DNA from: a virus
Taxonomy: Duplodnaviria; Heunggongvirae; Uroviricota; Caudoviricetes
DNA length: 51,195 nt
Virus record (IMG/VR): IMGVR_UViG_3300020045_003677
Location: 124,098-175,292 of that record
Reading direction: 5' to 3' (one strand)
Under the pieces are notes generated by a model. That model searched no databases, was not told the origin of the DNA, and was given only the letters and a program-made list of their open reading frames with translations. A program made the translations under genes and the position numbers. Positions 17,870 through 26,400 of the stretch are shown here, piece after piece; positions within the stretch are counted from its first letter, which is position 1; each line of letters starts with the position of its first letter.

Positions 17870-18239
17870 TGAACGATACTTAGATAATGTTCCACACTCT
17901 AAAAATCTTCCTGTAGGTGACTATTACTTAGTACATTACATACTTAGTCCTAATGGTTACAATGCCTGGAGTCTACATGGTTCATTCGAAGTTATCGAGG
18001 AACATGCAGAGGGATCCTGGAATGACCCATATGGAAGATGGTTCACTAATAAGTCAGATGCCCAGGAATTTCTGAAGTCTGTGAAGATAGAGCATGAGGA
18101 ATTGATACTTAAAAAGATGTTAAGAGACATTAATACTGCATCCCGAGCACTTAAGAAACGTCAGCTTGACGGGTCTGGTAGAGTTCAGAGGAGTATTGAT
18201 GATATAAATAAAATCCTTAATAACTTATTACCATGTTAA
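17856..18239 (+). CDS. Hypothetical protein
   Basis: ORF from ATG 17856. Confidence 0.55.
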   Translation: MDRYSERYLDNVPHSKNLPVGDYYLVHYILSPNGYNAWSLHGSFEVIEEHAEGSWNDPYGRWFTNKSDAQEFLKSVKIEHEELILKKMLRDINTASRALKKRQLDGSGRVQRSIDDINKILNNLLPC

Positions 18240-19923
18240 CAAATTATTTTTCTCAAGATTGGATTGATGCAATTGGAGAACAGTCGATACTGACTAATTT
18301 AGCCGGCATTAATACCACTCTTGCTGAAGAACGTAAGAAGTTTAATGTGTTACCCGAGCAGGGTAGTCCATTGCTATTTAAGGCGTTTAGAGAGACTCCA
18401 TTCGCAAGTTTGAAAGTTATAATTCTTGGACAGGATTAACTATTACGATTGAAAATTTACTATAATAGATATATAAACAAACTATTATGGGAAAGAAAGA
18501 TAAAATTTTATTGAAGCATACTGAAGGTATGACTGTACTGGAGATATCAAAGATTACTGGATATCCATTATCCACTGTTAGATGGGCTATAAATTCTGAA
18601 GGGTTAAAAGCAAATAAGAAGTCTCCCGGAAACTGCTTAGATCATAAGTTTCAGGAGTTTATCCTTGGGTCTATTTTAGGAGATGGAAGTATATTATCAG
18701 ATAATAGACTATCTATTGGACATGGCATCTCTCAGTTAGAGTACGCTAAGAGTAAACATGAGTTTATTCAAGCATACGAGTTAGCTGGAAAATTTAGTAC
18801 ATTTAGAGTTACTGATGACAGGTACAGTAATGGATTTGTAGATGGATGTAGGTTTAGAAGTCTTTCTAGCGATAAAATGAAAGAGATGTATTTGTTCTAT
18901 TATCCAGACAAATCTAAGGCTATACCATCTGAAGAATTTTTGTTAGAGTTTCTATCGCCATTTGCTTTAGCAATATGGTATATGGATGACGGTAACAGCA
19001 CTAACTACTCATTTGAATTCAATACCCAGTCGTTTTCTTCTATTGAGAATATGAGACTAAGATATTGTCTTCTGAGAAAGTATGGTATTGTAACAACTTA
19101 CCATGAAAGTACCAATACAATAATGGTATCAGCAGAATCTGCTGAGTTGTTTGTATCAATTGTTAGTCCATACATACACTCTAGTATGCTTTATAAAATT
19201 AACCCTAGAAATCGGGTCCTGTATAAATTGGGTGAATTACAAGAACGCTGTGATGCCAACTTGCAGCCAACTACTGATCTAAATGTTCAGTAAAGGTTCA
19301 ACGACTAATCGATGAAACTACCAAGGTAGAATATAATTCGAACACGAGCGCCCAACATCCTAGGTTTTAGGATGATGACATAGTCTGAGCTATAGTAAAT
19401 AAAGAAGCTATAGAGGTAGGAGATAAAGAGCTCCTATGATAACAAAATGCCGTACCATGATGGCTCTTATAATGGCCTAGCATTTGGTAATGGCGATCCT
19501 AAAGACCCATCAAAGACCACTGGTATATCCCCATCATTGCGGAATGTACTAGCAGAAGTTAAGAGTTCATATGGAGAACTACCACATTCATCACTGTATG
19601 AGTGGGCCCATCAAGGCGTTCTACTTATTAATACTGCCCACACTGTAGTTAAAGGTACTGCTGGTAGTCACATACCACTGTGGAGCAAGTTCACTTCTAG
19701 CGTTATTACTGCTATAAATTCAAAAGACAATATAGTGTGGATGTTATGGGGCAGCAATGCTCATGCATACGCAGATTCTATAATCAATCCAACTCATATG
19801 GTTATCAAATCAGGTCATCCCTCTCCGCTTAATAGGAGCAATCCGTTTAGTGGTTGTGGGTGTTTCTCTGAATGCGATAGTGCATTAATGGGTATGGGTA
19901 AAATGCCAATACAATGGGTTTAG
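18233..19923 (+). CDS. ung: Family-1 uracil-DNA glycosylase, two exons (18233-18436 and 19450-19923)
   Basis: Exon 1 ends KVIILGQD and exon 2 starts PYH, followed by GLAFG, QGVLLIN, WMLWG and GHPSPL. Spliced length is 225 aa. Confidence 0.93.
18456..18466 (+). promoter_or_regulatory. Putative intron-internal promoter (TTTACTATAAT)
   Basis: Exact 11-mer also at 23495 (+) and 31778 (-). Lies 20 nt before the LAGLIDADG ATG. Confidence 0.5.
18487..19293 (+). mobile_element. Intron-encoded double-motif LAGLIDADG homing endonuclease with N-terminal HTH
   Basis: FILGSILGDG and LAIWYMDDG motifs (LAGLIDADG_2 type). HTH-like TVLEISKITGYPLSTVRWA. The 3' end runs into the intron core. Confidence 0.9.
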
Positions 19924-21242
19924 AAATACAAAAACTTCAGTACACAGGAGATGACTTCTCCGCAATGGTATCGTTTGATAACGACTTCTTTATTAATGCA
20001 ACCGAGATCTATGTAGCTGCTGGGAAACCACAAACAACTTTTGTCAGCTTTAAGAATAGAACACTAATTCCAAGAGCGCAAAAGTTGATTGAAATGGGCG
20101 CAATCCAACCATCGCAAAATGCAATGGTTGATGTTAACACACCTATAACAGTAGATGACCTAATAATTACCAGATCTGGTCAACATGGAGGAGGAACTTG
20201 GATTCATCCTAAGTTGCGAATGGTTTTCACTCGATGGATAAGCGAGGACTTTGACATCTGGTGTGATATGAAGGTGGAAGAATTATTCACTAAAGGTTAC
20301 ACTGGATTGAATCAGGAAGTAACTGATGAGATCACTAAGTCTATGGCCTATAATCCAACTCTTCGAGGAGCTGTTGGTAAGCTGAAGAAGAAACGTAATC
20401 TGCATATCATGCCTTTCATAATCGACGGTATCAAGTATACTATTGAGGATGGGGTATCGTTTGACGATTTCCTTAGAACTGTGATGAGTGCTACTGATTA
20501 CGGTAGTAAAGAATTGGTGTATGGAAAGGTTCTAAAAAGTCTGGACATATCATTGATGAAAAACTTCATTACCATTGGCCAGTATACCGACATGAAGAAC
20601 ACGACAGAGATAGCTCATAAAGCCTTACTACGTCGTAGAGTATCTTCTAAAGATAAGAAGATTCTCGCTCTTACAAGTACCATTTGTGATCTTGGTAAAC
20701 AACTTGCAGATTCTACTAACAAAGAGGAGGTTGAACAACTAAGTCTTGAGATAGCAACAGTCTCTGAGGAACGAGATAAACTGAGAAGAGTGGTTACAGC
20801 GTATCAACAGTCTGAGAATGCTCCAGCGTTTAATCTTAAATCGATAACTCCGTATAACGCTTTTGTGGAGTCAAAGAGGATAGCAGACCTTATTGAAAAG
20901 GATGATAAAAGTCTATTATTTTTCCATGGTGTAGTAGTTCCTCCTAGAAACGCTGGAATGGCTGTATCTGCAGACGGAAAACAATTGGTTCCTCATTTAG
21001 CAGGAAACGCAATACCTAACTACGATCTTTCTATTTGGAGAGAAACTAAGGATAAAGGAGTATCTTTTAGAATTAGTAAGGGGTGGAAAAGGGATATGGT
21101 AGTCATTATCTATACACAATTAGAAAGGGTCCCCGGCAACAATACTCTATGGCTCGGATATAAAAAAGATGAGTACGGAACATTCTATCGTATTGCATTC
21201 GAAGAGACCTCAGACACATTACTAGTATATAAAGAACTTTAA
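19914..21242 (+). CDS. KilA-N domain protein with coiled coil and unknown C-terminal domain
   Basis: FINATEI...GGTWIHPKL...WISEDFDIWCD is the KilA-N/APSES signature. Confidence 0.82.
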   Translation: MGLEIQKLQYTGDDFSAMVSFDNDFFINATEIYVAAGKPQTTFVSFKNRTLIPRAQKLIEMGAIQPSQNAMVDVNTPITVDDLIITRSGQHGGGTWIHPKLRMVFTRWISEDFDIWCDMKVEELFTKGYTGLNQEVTDEITKSMAYNPTLRGAVGKLKKKRNLHIMPFIIDGIKYTIEDGVSFDDFLRTVMSATDYGSKELVYGKVLKSLDISLMKNFITIGQYTDMKNTTEIAHKALLRRRVSSKDKKILALTSTICDLGKQLADSTNKEEVEQLSLEIATVSEERDKLRRVVTAYQQSENAPAFNLKSITPYNAFVESKRIADLIEKDDKSLLFFHGVVVPPRNAGMAVSADGKQLVPHLAGNAIPNYDLSIWRETKDKGVSFRISKGWKRDMVVIIYTQLERVPGNNTLWLGYKKDEYGTFYRIAFEETSDTLLVYKEL

Positions 21243-22354
21243 TGAATTTAGTACAATTGAAGGCTAGCAACTATCAGATTCTATCTGTACTTGCCGGCTC
21301 GCATTTATATGGTTTGAATGTCCCGGAGTCTGATGAAGATGTCCGGGGCATCTTTAACCTACCAATGAAGGAATTCTTAAAGACTGGTGCACCTAAACAG
21401 ATTGCTGATGATACTAATGATGAAGTTCATTATGAGATCAAAAGATTTCTGGATTTAGCTGCTCAAGCCAATCCGAATATCCTGGAGATATTATTTGCTC
21501 CAAAAGATAAGATCCTACTTAAGCACCCTTCTATCGACGCATTATTGAACGAGCGTAATCAATTTCTTACCAAAGCTTGTAAAGCAAGTCTTGGTGGGTA
21601 TGCGGTTGCTCAGATACGTAAAGCGCGTGGACAGAAGAAGCTTATAGTAAACCCCTGTACAGTTAGAAAGACTCCTATTGATTTCTGCTACATACACTTA
21701 GGTACTGAACGTGTTCTCCCACTTGGAGAGTTCATGACTATCTGTGGTATAAATCCTACTCTTGTTGGACTAGCTAAAGTTAATAACTTCCCAACTACAT
21801 TTGCTTTTTATAGCAAAAGATTTGCACAACATAGATGCTTCTTACCAGATGAACAACAGATAGTTAACGATTGGGTTCCACGTGGAATCTTAAACGATAG
21901 CGAAACATCTAACGAATTACGACTGACTTCTATACCAGAATCCGTTGCAAGATTTGGGTTCATGGGAATAGTTCACTACAATCAAGAAGGCTATACTATG
22001 CACTGTAAAGAGTATGCTCAATACCAAGGATGGGTAGAGAACCGTAACCCGGTTAGATTTGCTACCAATACTGAACATGGTAAAGGGTATGACTCTAAGA
22101 ACCTAATGCACTGCTTCAGACTTCTGAATATGGGTATTGAGTTAGCTGAAACTGGTAAACTCAACGTAGTCAGGAAAGATAGGGATTTTCTTCTGCAAAT
22201 ACGTAGAGGAGAACTCGAGTATGAATATTTGGTCGATACTGCTGAAGAGCTCATTGAACGAATGGACTCAGCTTTTGATTCTTGTTCATTACCTTCATCA
22301 GTACCTAACGACCTCATTGATAACTTAGTGTGGGAATTCAAACGTGAAAAATAA
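21242..22354 (+). CDS. Pol-beta superfamily nucleotidyltransferase (PF10127 RlaP / T4 NrdC.11-like)
   Basis: GSHLYGL...SDEDVRG, ANPNILE, YDSKNLMHCFRLL, LLQIRRGE. Confidence 0.85.
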   Translation: MNLVQLKASNYQILSVLAGSHLYGLNVPESDEDVRGIFNLPMKEFLKTGAPKQIADDTNDEVHYEIKRFLDLAAQANPNILEILFAPKDKILLKHPSIDALLNERNQFLTKACKASLGGYAVAQIRKARGQKKLIVNPCTVRKTPIDFCYIHLGTERVLPLGEFMTICGINPTLVGLAKVNNFPTTFAFYSKRFAQHRCFLPDEQQIVNDWVPRGILNDSETSNELRLTSIPESVARFGFMGIVHYNQEGYTMHCKEYAQYQGWVENRNPVRFATNTEHGKGYDSKNLMHCFRLLNMGIELAETGKLNVVRKDRDFLLQIRRGELEYEYLVDTAEELIERMDSAFDSCSLPSSVPNDLIDNLVWEFKREK

Positions 22355-22691
22355 ACGAATTTACTACAACGTCTACCCATTTGGATTGAGAGTCTTCTTT
22401 GATACACCTTATAAAAAGATTCGAAAGAAACTACGTAAGACGTTACCAAAGAAAGCTCATTCCGAGATCAAAGACTTGCGAGGAACCTATGCAGCTAGAA
22501 CTATGATGTTTAGTACTGGGCAGACAGTAATAGTATTCAGATCATTTGATAATGGTATTGTTGCTCATGAAGCTTTGCATGCTGTCCAGTTTCTATTCGA
22601 CCGTATTAGAATACACGACTACGAAGCACAGGCGTATATGTTACAGTACATAGTAAGTGAAATACACAGAGTTAAAAATGGCGTCATATAA
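22344..22691 (+). CDS. Small HExxH (zincin-like) protein
   Basis: VAHEALHAV followed by EAQAY. GTG start. Confidence 0.65.
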   Translation: MKNKRIYYNVYPFGLRVFFDTPYKKIRKKLRKTLPKKAHSEIKDLRGTYAARTMMFSTGQTVIVFRSFDNGIVAHEALHAVQFLFDRIRIHDYEAQAYMLQYIVSEIHRVKNGVI

Positions 22692-23052
22692 AATAATACT
22701 AACCCACCAGTTTTACATCGAAAGAACTTATGTTGTTAGTGGTAGAGATTTGGAAGAGGCGCATGATGCAGCATTTTTCTTGTGGAGACAAGATGCCGGT
22801 CATATTGGCTCTTTCAATATTCCAACTATTAAGTCATGTGTAGAGCTAGATTCCACGGCTAGAATATTTCGAATGGTATTTGAAATGCCTGGACATACCA
22901 ATCTACAATGCGTAACAGTTACTGCCATTGATGAAGAGGATGCTAAGGATGAATGTATGTCTGAGATATATAAGATGATGGGCCCGGCATGGACTAGTGT
23001 TAATACAGGAGTTAAGATGATTCCACGTGCAATTAGTTTTACAGAGCTATGA
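22678..23052 (+). CDS. Small protein with two repeats of a [VL]xAxDxxxA domain (DpnD/PcfM-like)
   Basis: VVSGRDLEEAHDAA and VTAIDEEDAKDEC. Confidence 0.55.
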   Translation: MASYKIILTHQFYIERTYVVSGRDLEEAHDAAFFLWRQDAGHIGSFNIPTIKSCVELDSTARIFRMVFEMPGHTNLQCVTVTAIDEEDAKDECMSEIYKMMGPAWTSVNTGVKMIPRAISFTEL

Positions 23053-23285
23053 ACTGGTATAGGGTAGAACTACACAACATGGACCCTCGTGATATGCGTA
23101 TGATAACACAACTGAACTGCTTTAGTGTTACAAAGACATGGCTAGAAGTTGAAGCCGAAGATGAAGCTGGGGCAGCCGATGAAGCATTATACAAATATGC
23201 AAATCTTAATCCTAGTATACCTCACAAACCAGAAGTTCGCGCAATAGACCTAATATTCACAGACTATGATAGCATTCAGTGTTAA
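23049..23285 (+). CDS. Small DpnD/PcfM-like protein
   Basis: LEVEAEDEAGAADEALY. Confidence 0.55.
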   Translation: MNWYRVELHNMDPRDMRMITQLNCFSVTKTWLEVEAEDEAGAADEALYKYANLNPSIPHKPEVRAIDLIFTDYDSIQC

Positions 23286-23460
23286 GTATACAGACAGCGA
23301 AAAAAGTGGTGTTAAGACAATGTTACTATATGCTGAAGATAAGGAGTTTGCTCTAGACCAGGCATTGTACGATATCAAGGAGAACGGACTGTCATTTGGT
23401 CCACCGAACATTATTAGTGTTGAAGAAGATGACGATGATATGCTATACAACTTATTTTGA
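23266..23460 (+). CDS. Small DpnD/PcfM-like protein
   Basis: LLYAEDKEFALDQALY. Confidence 0.55.
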   Translation: MIAFSVKYTDSEKSGVKTMLLYAEDKEFALDQALYDIKENGLSFGPPNIISVEEDDDDMLYNLF

Positions 23461-23494
23461 AACAGTTGCTGCCTTGGTACAAGTTTAGTTAAAT

Positions 23495-23505
23495 TTTACT
23501 ATAAT
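23495..23505 (+). promoter_or_regulatory. Putative phage promoter (TTTACTATAAT)
   Basis: In a 78-nt intergenic gap, 33 nt before ATG 23539. Confidence 0.5.
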
Positions 23506-23538
23506 CATAAATACGAGTTAAAATTTAATATAAACAAT

Positions 23539-23907
23539 ATGGAAAAGAGTGAAAGAATAGCAGATGCTATTAGACCAATCCTCGAAGCATTTCTTGTATG
23601 TGAGGATTATCAGACTATATTCTGGGACATGGCCCGGGCAGTTAAGTATGAAGGTGACGATGCTAATGAAATGCGGACAGCACTGTTTACGGTATCACCA
23701 GACGGACAAATCGGGTTTGTTATTGCAGAATTAAACGACTTATTCTTTGAGTTTCAACTCATCGAGAAGGTTAAAGGGTTAGAGCCTTTCAAATCTCTAC
23801 TGGAAACTAAACCAGAGAAAAGAAAAGATATCGCAGCACTAGCAAAGTTAATACTTTCTGGAGTTGAGATCAGTAATGAGGATGTTGCTAAAGTACTGGA
23901 GGACTAA
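23539..23907 (+). CDS. Hypothetical protein
   Basis: ORF with an A-rich leader. Confidence 0.65.
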   Translation: MEKSERIADAIRPILEAFLVCEDYQTIFWDMARAVKYEGDDANEMRTALFTVSPDGQIGFVIAELNDLFFEFQLIEKVKGLEPFKSLLETKPEKRKDIAALAKLILSGVEISNEDVAKVLED

Positions 23908-23909
23908 CT

Positions 23910-24356
23910 ATGAGTGGAAGTAATGATGGTACAGGAACCTATGTTCCAAATCCTTACTATGTTGGAGAACCATTCTCAGTACCCGCTGGACCACAGTGGC
24001 CTATCATAGGTATACCTCCAGTAGTATCATATTCTACCGCGTCAATCATATCGGGCCCAATTCTTGCTAAGAGATCCGAGTCCAAAGATACTTACGATTT
24101 TCTTGTCGCAATGCCAGGTGTTGCATTGGAAGATATTGACGTCTATATTAGGGATACGATATTATGTGTTCATGTAAATACTGAGGAAGATTCAGTATAC
24201 AATCCATTTGAGGATTTGATTTCAGATCATGATTTTGATATTGCTGATATCAGAGTTACTGATGAAGTAGATGCTACTCTTGCAAATGGAATACTAACTG
24301 TAAAATTAAAGAAGGTAACTCCAGATAAACTAATCACAGTACGAAATGAAATTTAG
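23910..24356 (+). CDS. Small heat-shock protein (HSP20 / alpha-crystallin domain)
   Basis: FLVAMPGVALEDIDV and VDATLANGILTVKL match the [DE]lPG...I.V and A.L.NGVL.V motifs. Confidence 0.85.
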   Translation: MSGSNDGTGTYVPNPYYVGEPFSVPAGPQWPIIGIPPVVSYSTASIISGPILAKRSESKDTYDFLVAMPGVALEDIDVYIRDTILCVHVNTEEDSVYNPFEDLISDHDFDIADIRVTDEVDATLANGILTVKLKKVTPDKLITVRNEI

Positions 24357-24630
24357 TCCAGAAAAAAGAGTACAAGTAGCTATGGCCCAAGAGTCATTAT
24401 CAAAAGATGCTACAATCGCCGATTTAAAGGTAGAGAATTTAGAATTGCGTGGTATTATAGCACAGCTTGAAGCTGAGTTATCTGCTATTGCAAACCCAGA
24501 TCCTATCAATCCTCCAGTTACACCACCTGTAGAGGAGGTTAAGACAGAACCTGTTATACCTGTACAAAAAGGTAAAGGTAAACCAAAAGTTAAAGAAGAG
24601 CCGGCAACGACTCCAGAACCAGAAATTTAA
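24346..24630 (+). CDS. Hypothetical protein (coiled coil plus Pro/Glu/Lys-rich tail)
   Basis: ORF coupled to the sHSP gene and ending just before a terminator. Confidence 0.65.
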   Translation: MKFSPEKRVQVAMAQESLSKDATIADLKVENLELRGIIAQLEAELSAIANPDPINPPVTPPVEEVKTEPVIPVQKGKGKPKVKEEPATTPEPEI

Positions 24631-24635
24631 TCATT

Positions 24636-24663
24636 AGCCCGGGGAGTAATCTTCGGGCTTTTT
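24636..24663 (+). terminator. Intrinsic terminator
   Basis: AGCCCGGGGA-GTAA-TCTTCGGGCT (10 bp, GNRA loop) followed by TTTT. Confidence 0.85.
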
Positions 24664-24676
24664 AATCATATTTAAT

Positions 24677-25057
24677 ATGCAAGATTCATTAGGTCAAACA
24701 GCAAGAGTCGGAGACTTTATTGTATGTACTGACTACAGCCAAACAGGAATGTATTACGGAATTGTTACCAAAACAACTCCAACAAGTATAGCATTTGCTA
24801 ATCTTAAATCCTACTACTGGAGAGATGATTATACAAATAAAGTGAGGACTGATACTCAGATGTTTATAACGGACAATACAAGTAAGAAACTGTCCTCATC
24901 ATTGTACACTATTATCAACCCATTACTAGACCAGGTTCTTGGTACTAAGTGCGACATACACACTCATGCCAATAAGACTTCAGGTGCTGTAAGTACACAA
25001 GTACAATCAACTTGGGGAGAAGTCTACGAAGTGATAAAGAAAGAACTATGTTTCTAG
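24677..25057 (+). CDS. SH3/KOW-like hypothetical protein (paralogue of 10134)
   Basis: MQDSLGQTARVGDFIVCTDY. Confidence 0.6.
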   Translation: MQDSLGQTARVGDFIVCTDYSQTGMYYGIVTKTTPTSIAFANLKSYYWRDDYTNKVRTDTQMFITDNTSKKLSSSLYTIINPLLDQVLGTKCDIHTHANKTSGAVSTQVQSTWGEVYEVIKKELCF

Positions 25058-25335
25058 ATTTGTTAGACCAACCAATAAATAAAGGGGACCTCATCATTCA
25101 TATTGATAAGATGGGAGCTATAATGGGGATTGTTGATACTGTAACACCTAAAGCAGTTTATTACATAATTTTAAACAGGCCACAGTCTAGTAGAGGATAC
25201 TTCGTTCGAATAAAAGGTAGAGTACTTAAAGTAAATCTTGACGGAAATACCTGTAGAGCGGGTTACCCAGGAAAAGGAGACCCTTCAATAGAATCGTGGT
25301 TAGAAGAACACAGACAGTATGGTAGAAGTTGTTAA
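25048..25335 (+). CDS. SH3/KOW-like hypothetical protein (paralogue of 10134)
   Basis: MFLDLLDQPINKGDLII...GIVDTVTPKAV. Confidence 0.55.
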   Translation: MFLDLLDQPINKGDLIIHIDKMGAIMGIVDTVTPKAVYYIILNRPQSSRGYFVRIKGRVLKVNLDGNTCRAGYPGKGDPSIESWLEEHRQYGRSC

Positions 25336-25648
25336 CAAGTATCATCATATGGAAACCAAATCTGATGTATACATTGGACGTGGTTCGGTATTAGGTAATC
25401 CATACACCCATTTGGAGTCTCAGTATAAAGACTTAGAGAAGGTGGCAACCAGAGATGAAGCTATTGATCTGTATGCAGACTATGCTAATGCTCTTATGGA
25501 GTTTGAAAATGATTATTCAATAGCTATTAATAAGCTAAGGAAACGCTCTAAGACAGAGAGTCTTAAGTTGGTATGCTACTGCAAATTACCGAACAAAGAG
25601 GTTAGATGTCATGGAGATATTATCAAAAAGTTAATAGAACAGGAATGA
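25319..25648 (+). CDS. DUF4326-family protein
   Basis: VYIGRGSVLGNPY and LVCYCK...CHGDII. Confidence 0.85.
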   Translation: MVEVVNKYHHMETKSDVYIGRGSVLGNPYTHLESQYKDLEKVATRDEAIDLYADYANALMEFENDYSIAINKLRKRSKTESLKLVCYCKLPNKEVRCHGDIIKKLIEQE

Positions 25649-25890
25649 CAGTAATAGAAGTTATTGACGCACATATAAAGTTATCAGAAGATCTTCTGTT
25701 GACTATTGAATACATCTCGATGCCGCAGAAGATTGCGGATAAATTATCGGATGAAGTGTTTGGGCTTATATCCAGAGAGGATAGTATAGCTACAAGTACT
25801 ATAAAGACATATCGCAATATACCTATCAGAATCGTTGATAATATCAACCTGAAAGTATGTTATGCAACAAGTGATTTTTTTCGTTATTAA
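25645..25890 (+). CDS. Hypothetical protein
   Basis: ATGA-coupled ORF ending just before a terminator. Confidence 0.55.
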   Translation: MTVIEVIDAHIKLSEDLLLTIEYISMPQKIADKLSDEVFGLISREDSIATSTIKTYRNIPIRIVDNINLKVCYATSDFFRY

Positions 25891-25895
25891 GGGTT

Positions 25896-25935
25896 AGCCT
25901 CTGCATCTATTTATAGGTGTAGGGGCTTTTTTTTT
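25896..25935 (+). terminator. Intrinsic terminator
   Basis: AGCCTCTGCATCTA-TTTA-TAGGTGTAGGGGCT, 14 bp with G-U pairs, followed by a T run. Confidence 0.85.
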
Positions 25936-25945
25936 GAAATTTATC

Positions 25946-25952
25946 CTATAAT
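25946..25952 (+). promoter_or_regulatory. Putative promoter core CTATAAT directly after the terminator
   Basis: GAAATTTATCCTATAAT, a variant of the AAATTT(T)ACTATAAT motif. Confidence 0.4.
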
Positions 25953-25987
25953 GTATATAGATGTTAATCACTAATATGTAATGGGAT

Positions 25988-26353
25988 ATGAAAACAGACA
26001 ACACAGTACAAAACAAAGCAGCACAGGATTTGAAAAGACAGCAAGATAAAGCAAGAGCTAAATTCGAGTACCTATCGGATTTCGATAGACAGCACTTCAC
26101 ACATGAGTATGTTAAGTCCCAGGCCCAGGAGATTTGCGCCTACCTGAACTTTATCTCTCTTACACCGCTAAATGCATGGCACGGAGCTTTAAGGGATACA
26201 GTAGTGAACGATGAGTTCATGTACAACTTCTATCTAAAACTCAATGAGTACGGACAGTTAGAACCGGATACCGAAAGGATCGACAAACTAATCTTACCAG
26301 AACCACTTACCGCCGACGAACACTCATCAATGACAAGACCAGACTTCTTATAA
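25988..26353 (+). CDS. Hypothetical protein, apparently monocistronic
   Basis: Flanked by a terminator plus promoter-like motif upstream and a terminator downstream. Confidence 0.65.
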   Translation: MKTDNTVQNKAAQDLKRQQDKARAKFEYLSDFDRQHFTHEYVKSQAQEICAYLNFISLTPLNAWHGALRDTVVNDEFMYNFYLKLNEYGQLEPDTERIDKLILPEPLTADEHSSMTRPDFL

Positions 26354-26398
26354 AAACAAAGCCCTCTAGCAATTAAGCTAGGGGGCTATTTTTTTTTT
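26352..26398. terminator. Bidirectional terminator at the convergence of the two gene blocks
   Basis: AAAAACAA-AGCCCTCTAGC-aattaa-GCTAGGGGGCT-A-T10. Confidence 0.88.
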
Positions 26399-26400
26399 GG

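Larger units (their letters stand above)
18437..19449 (+). ncRNA. Group I self-splicing intron (1013 nt)
   Basis: Exon U before the 5' splice site and terminal G at 19449. IGS GTCCTGT (19216-22) pairs with exon ACAGGAT. P10 CGG/CCG. P3 TTGGGTG (19228)/CGCCCAA (19349). R element TCAACGACTA (about 19298), S element GATGACATAGTCT (19374), P7 GACTA/TAGTC, P8 CATCCTA/TAGGATG. Confidence 0.92.
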
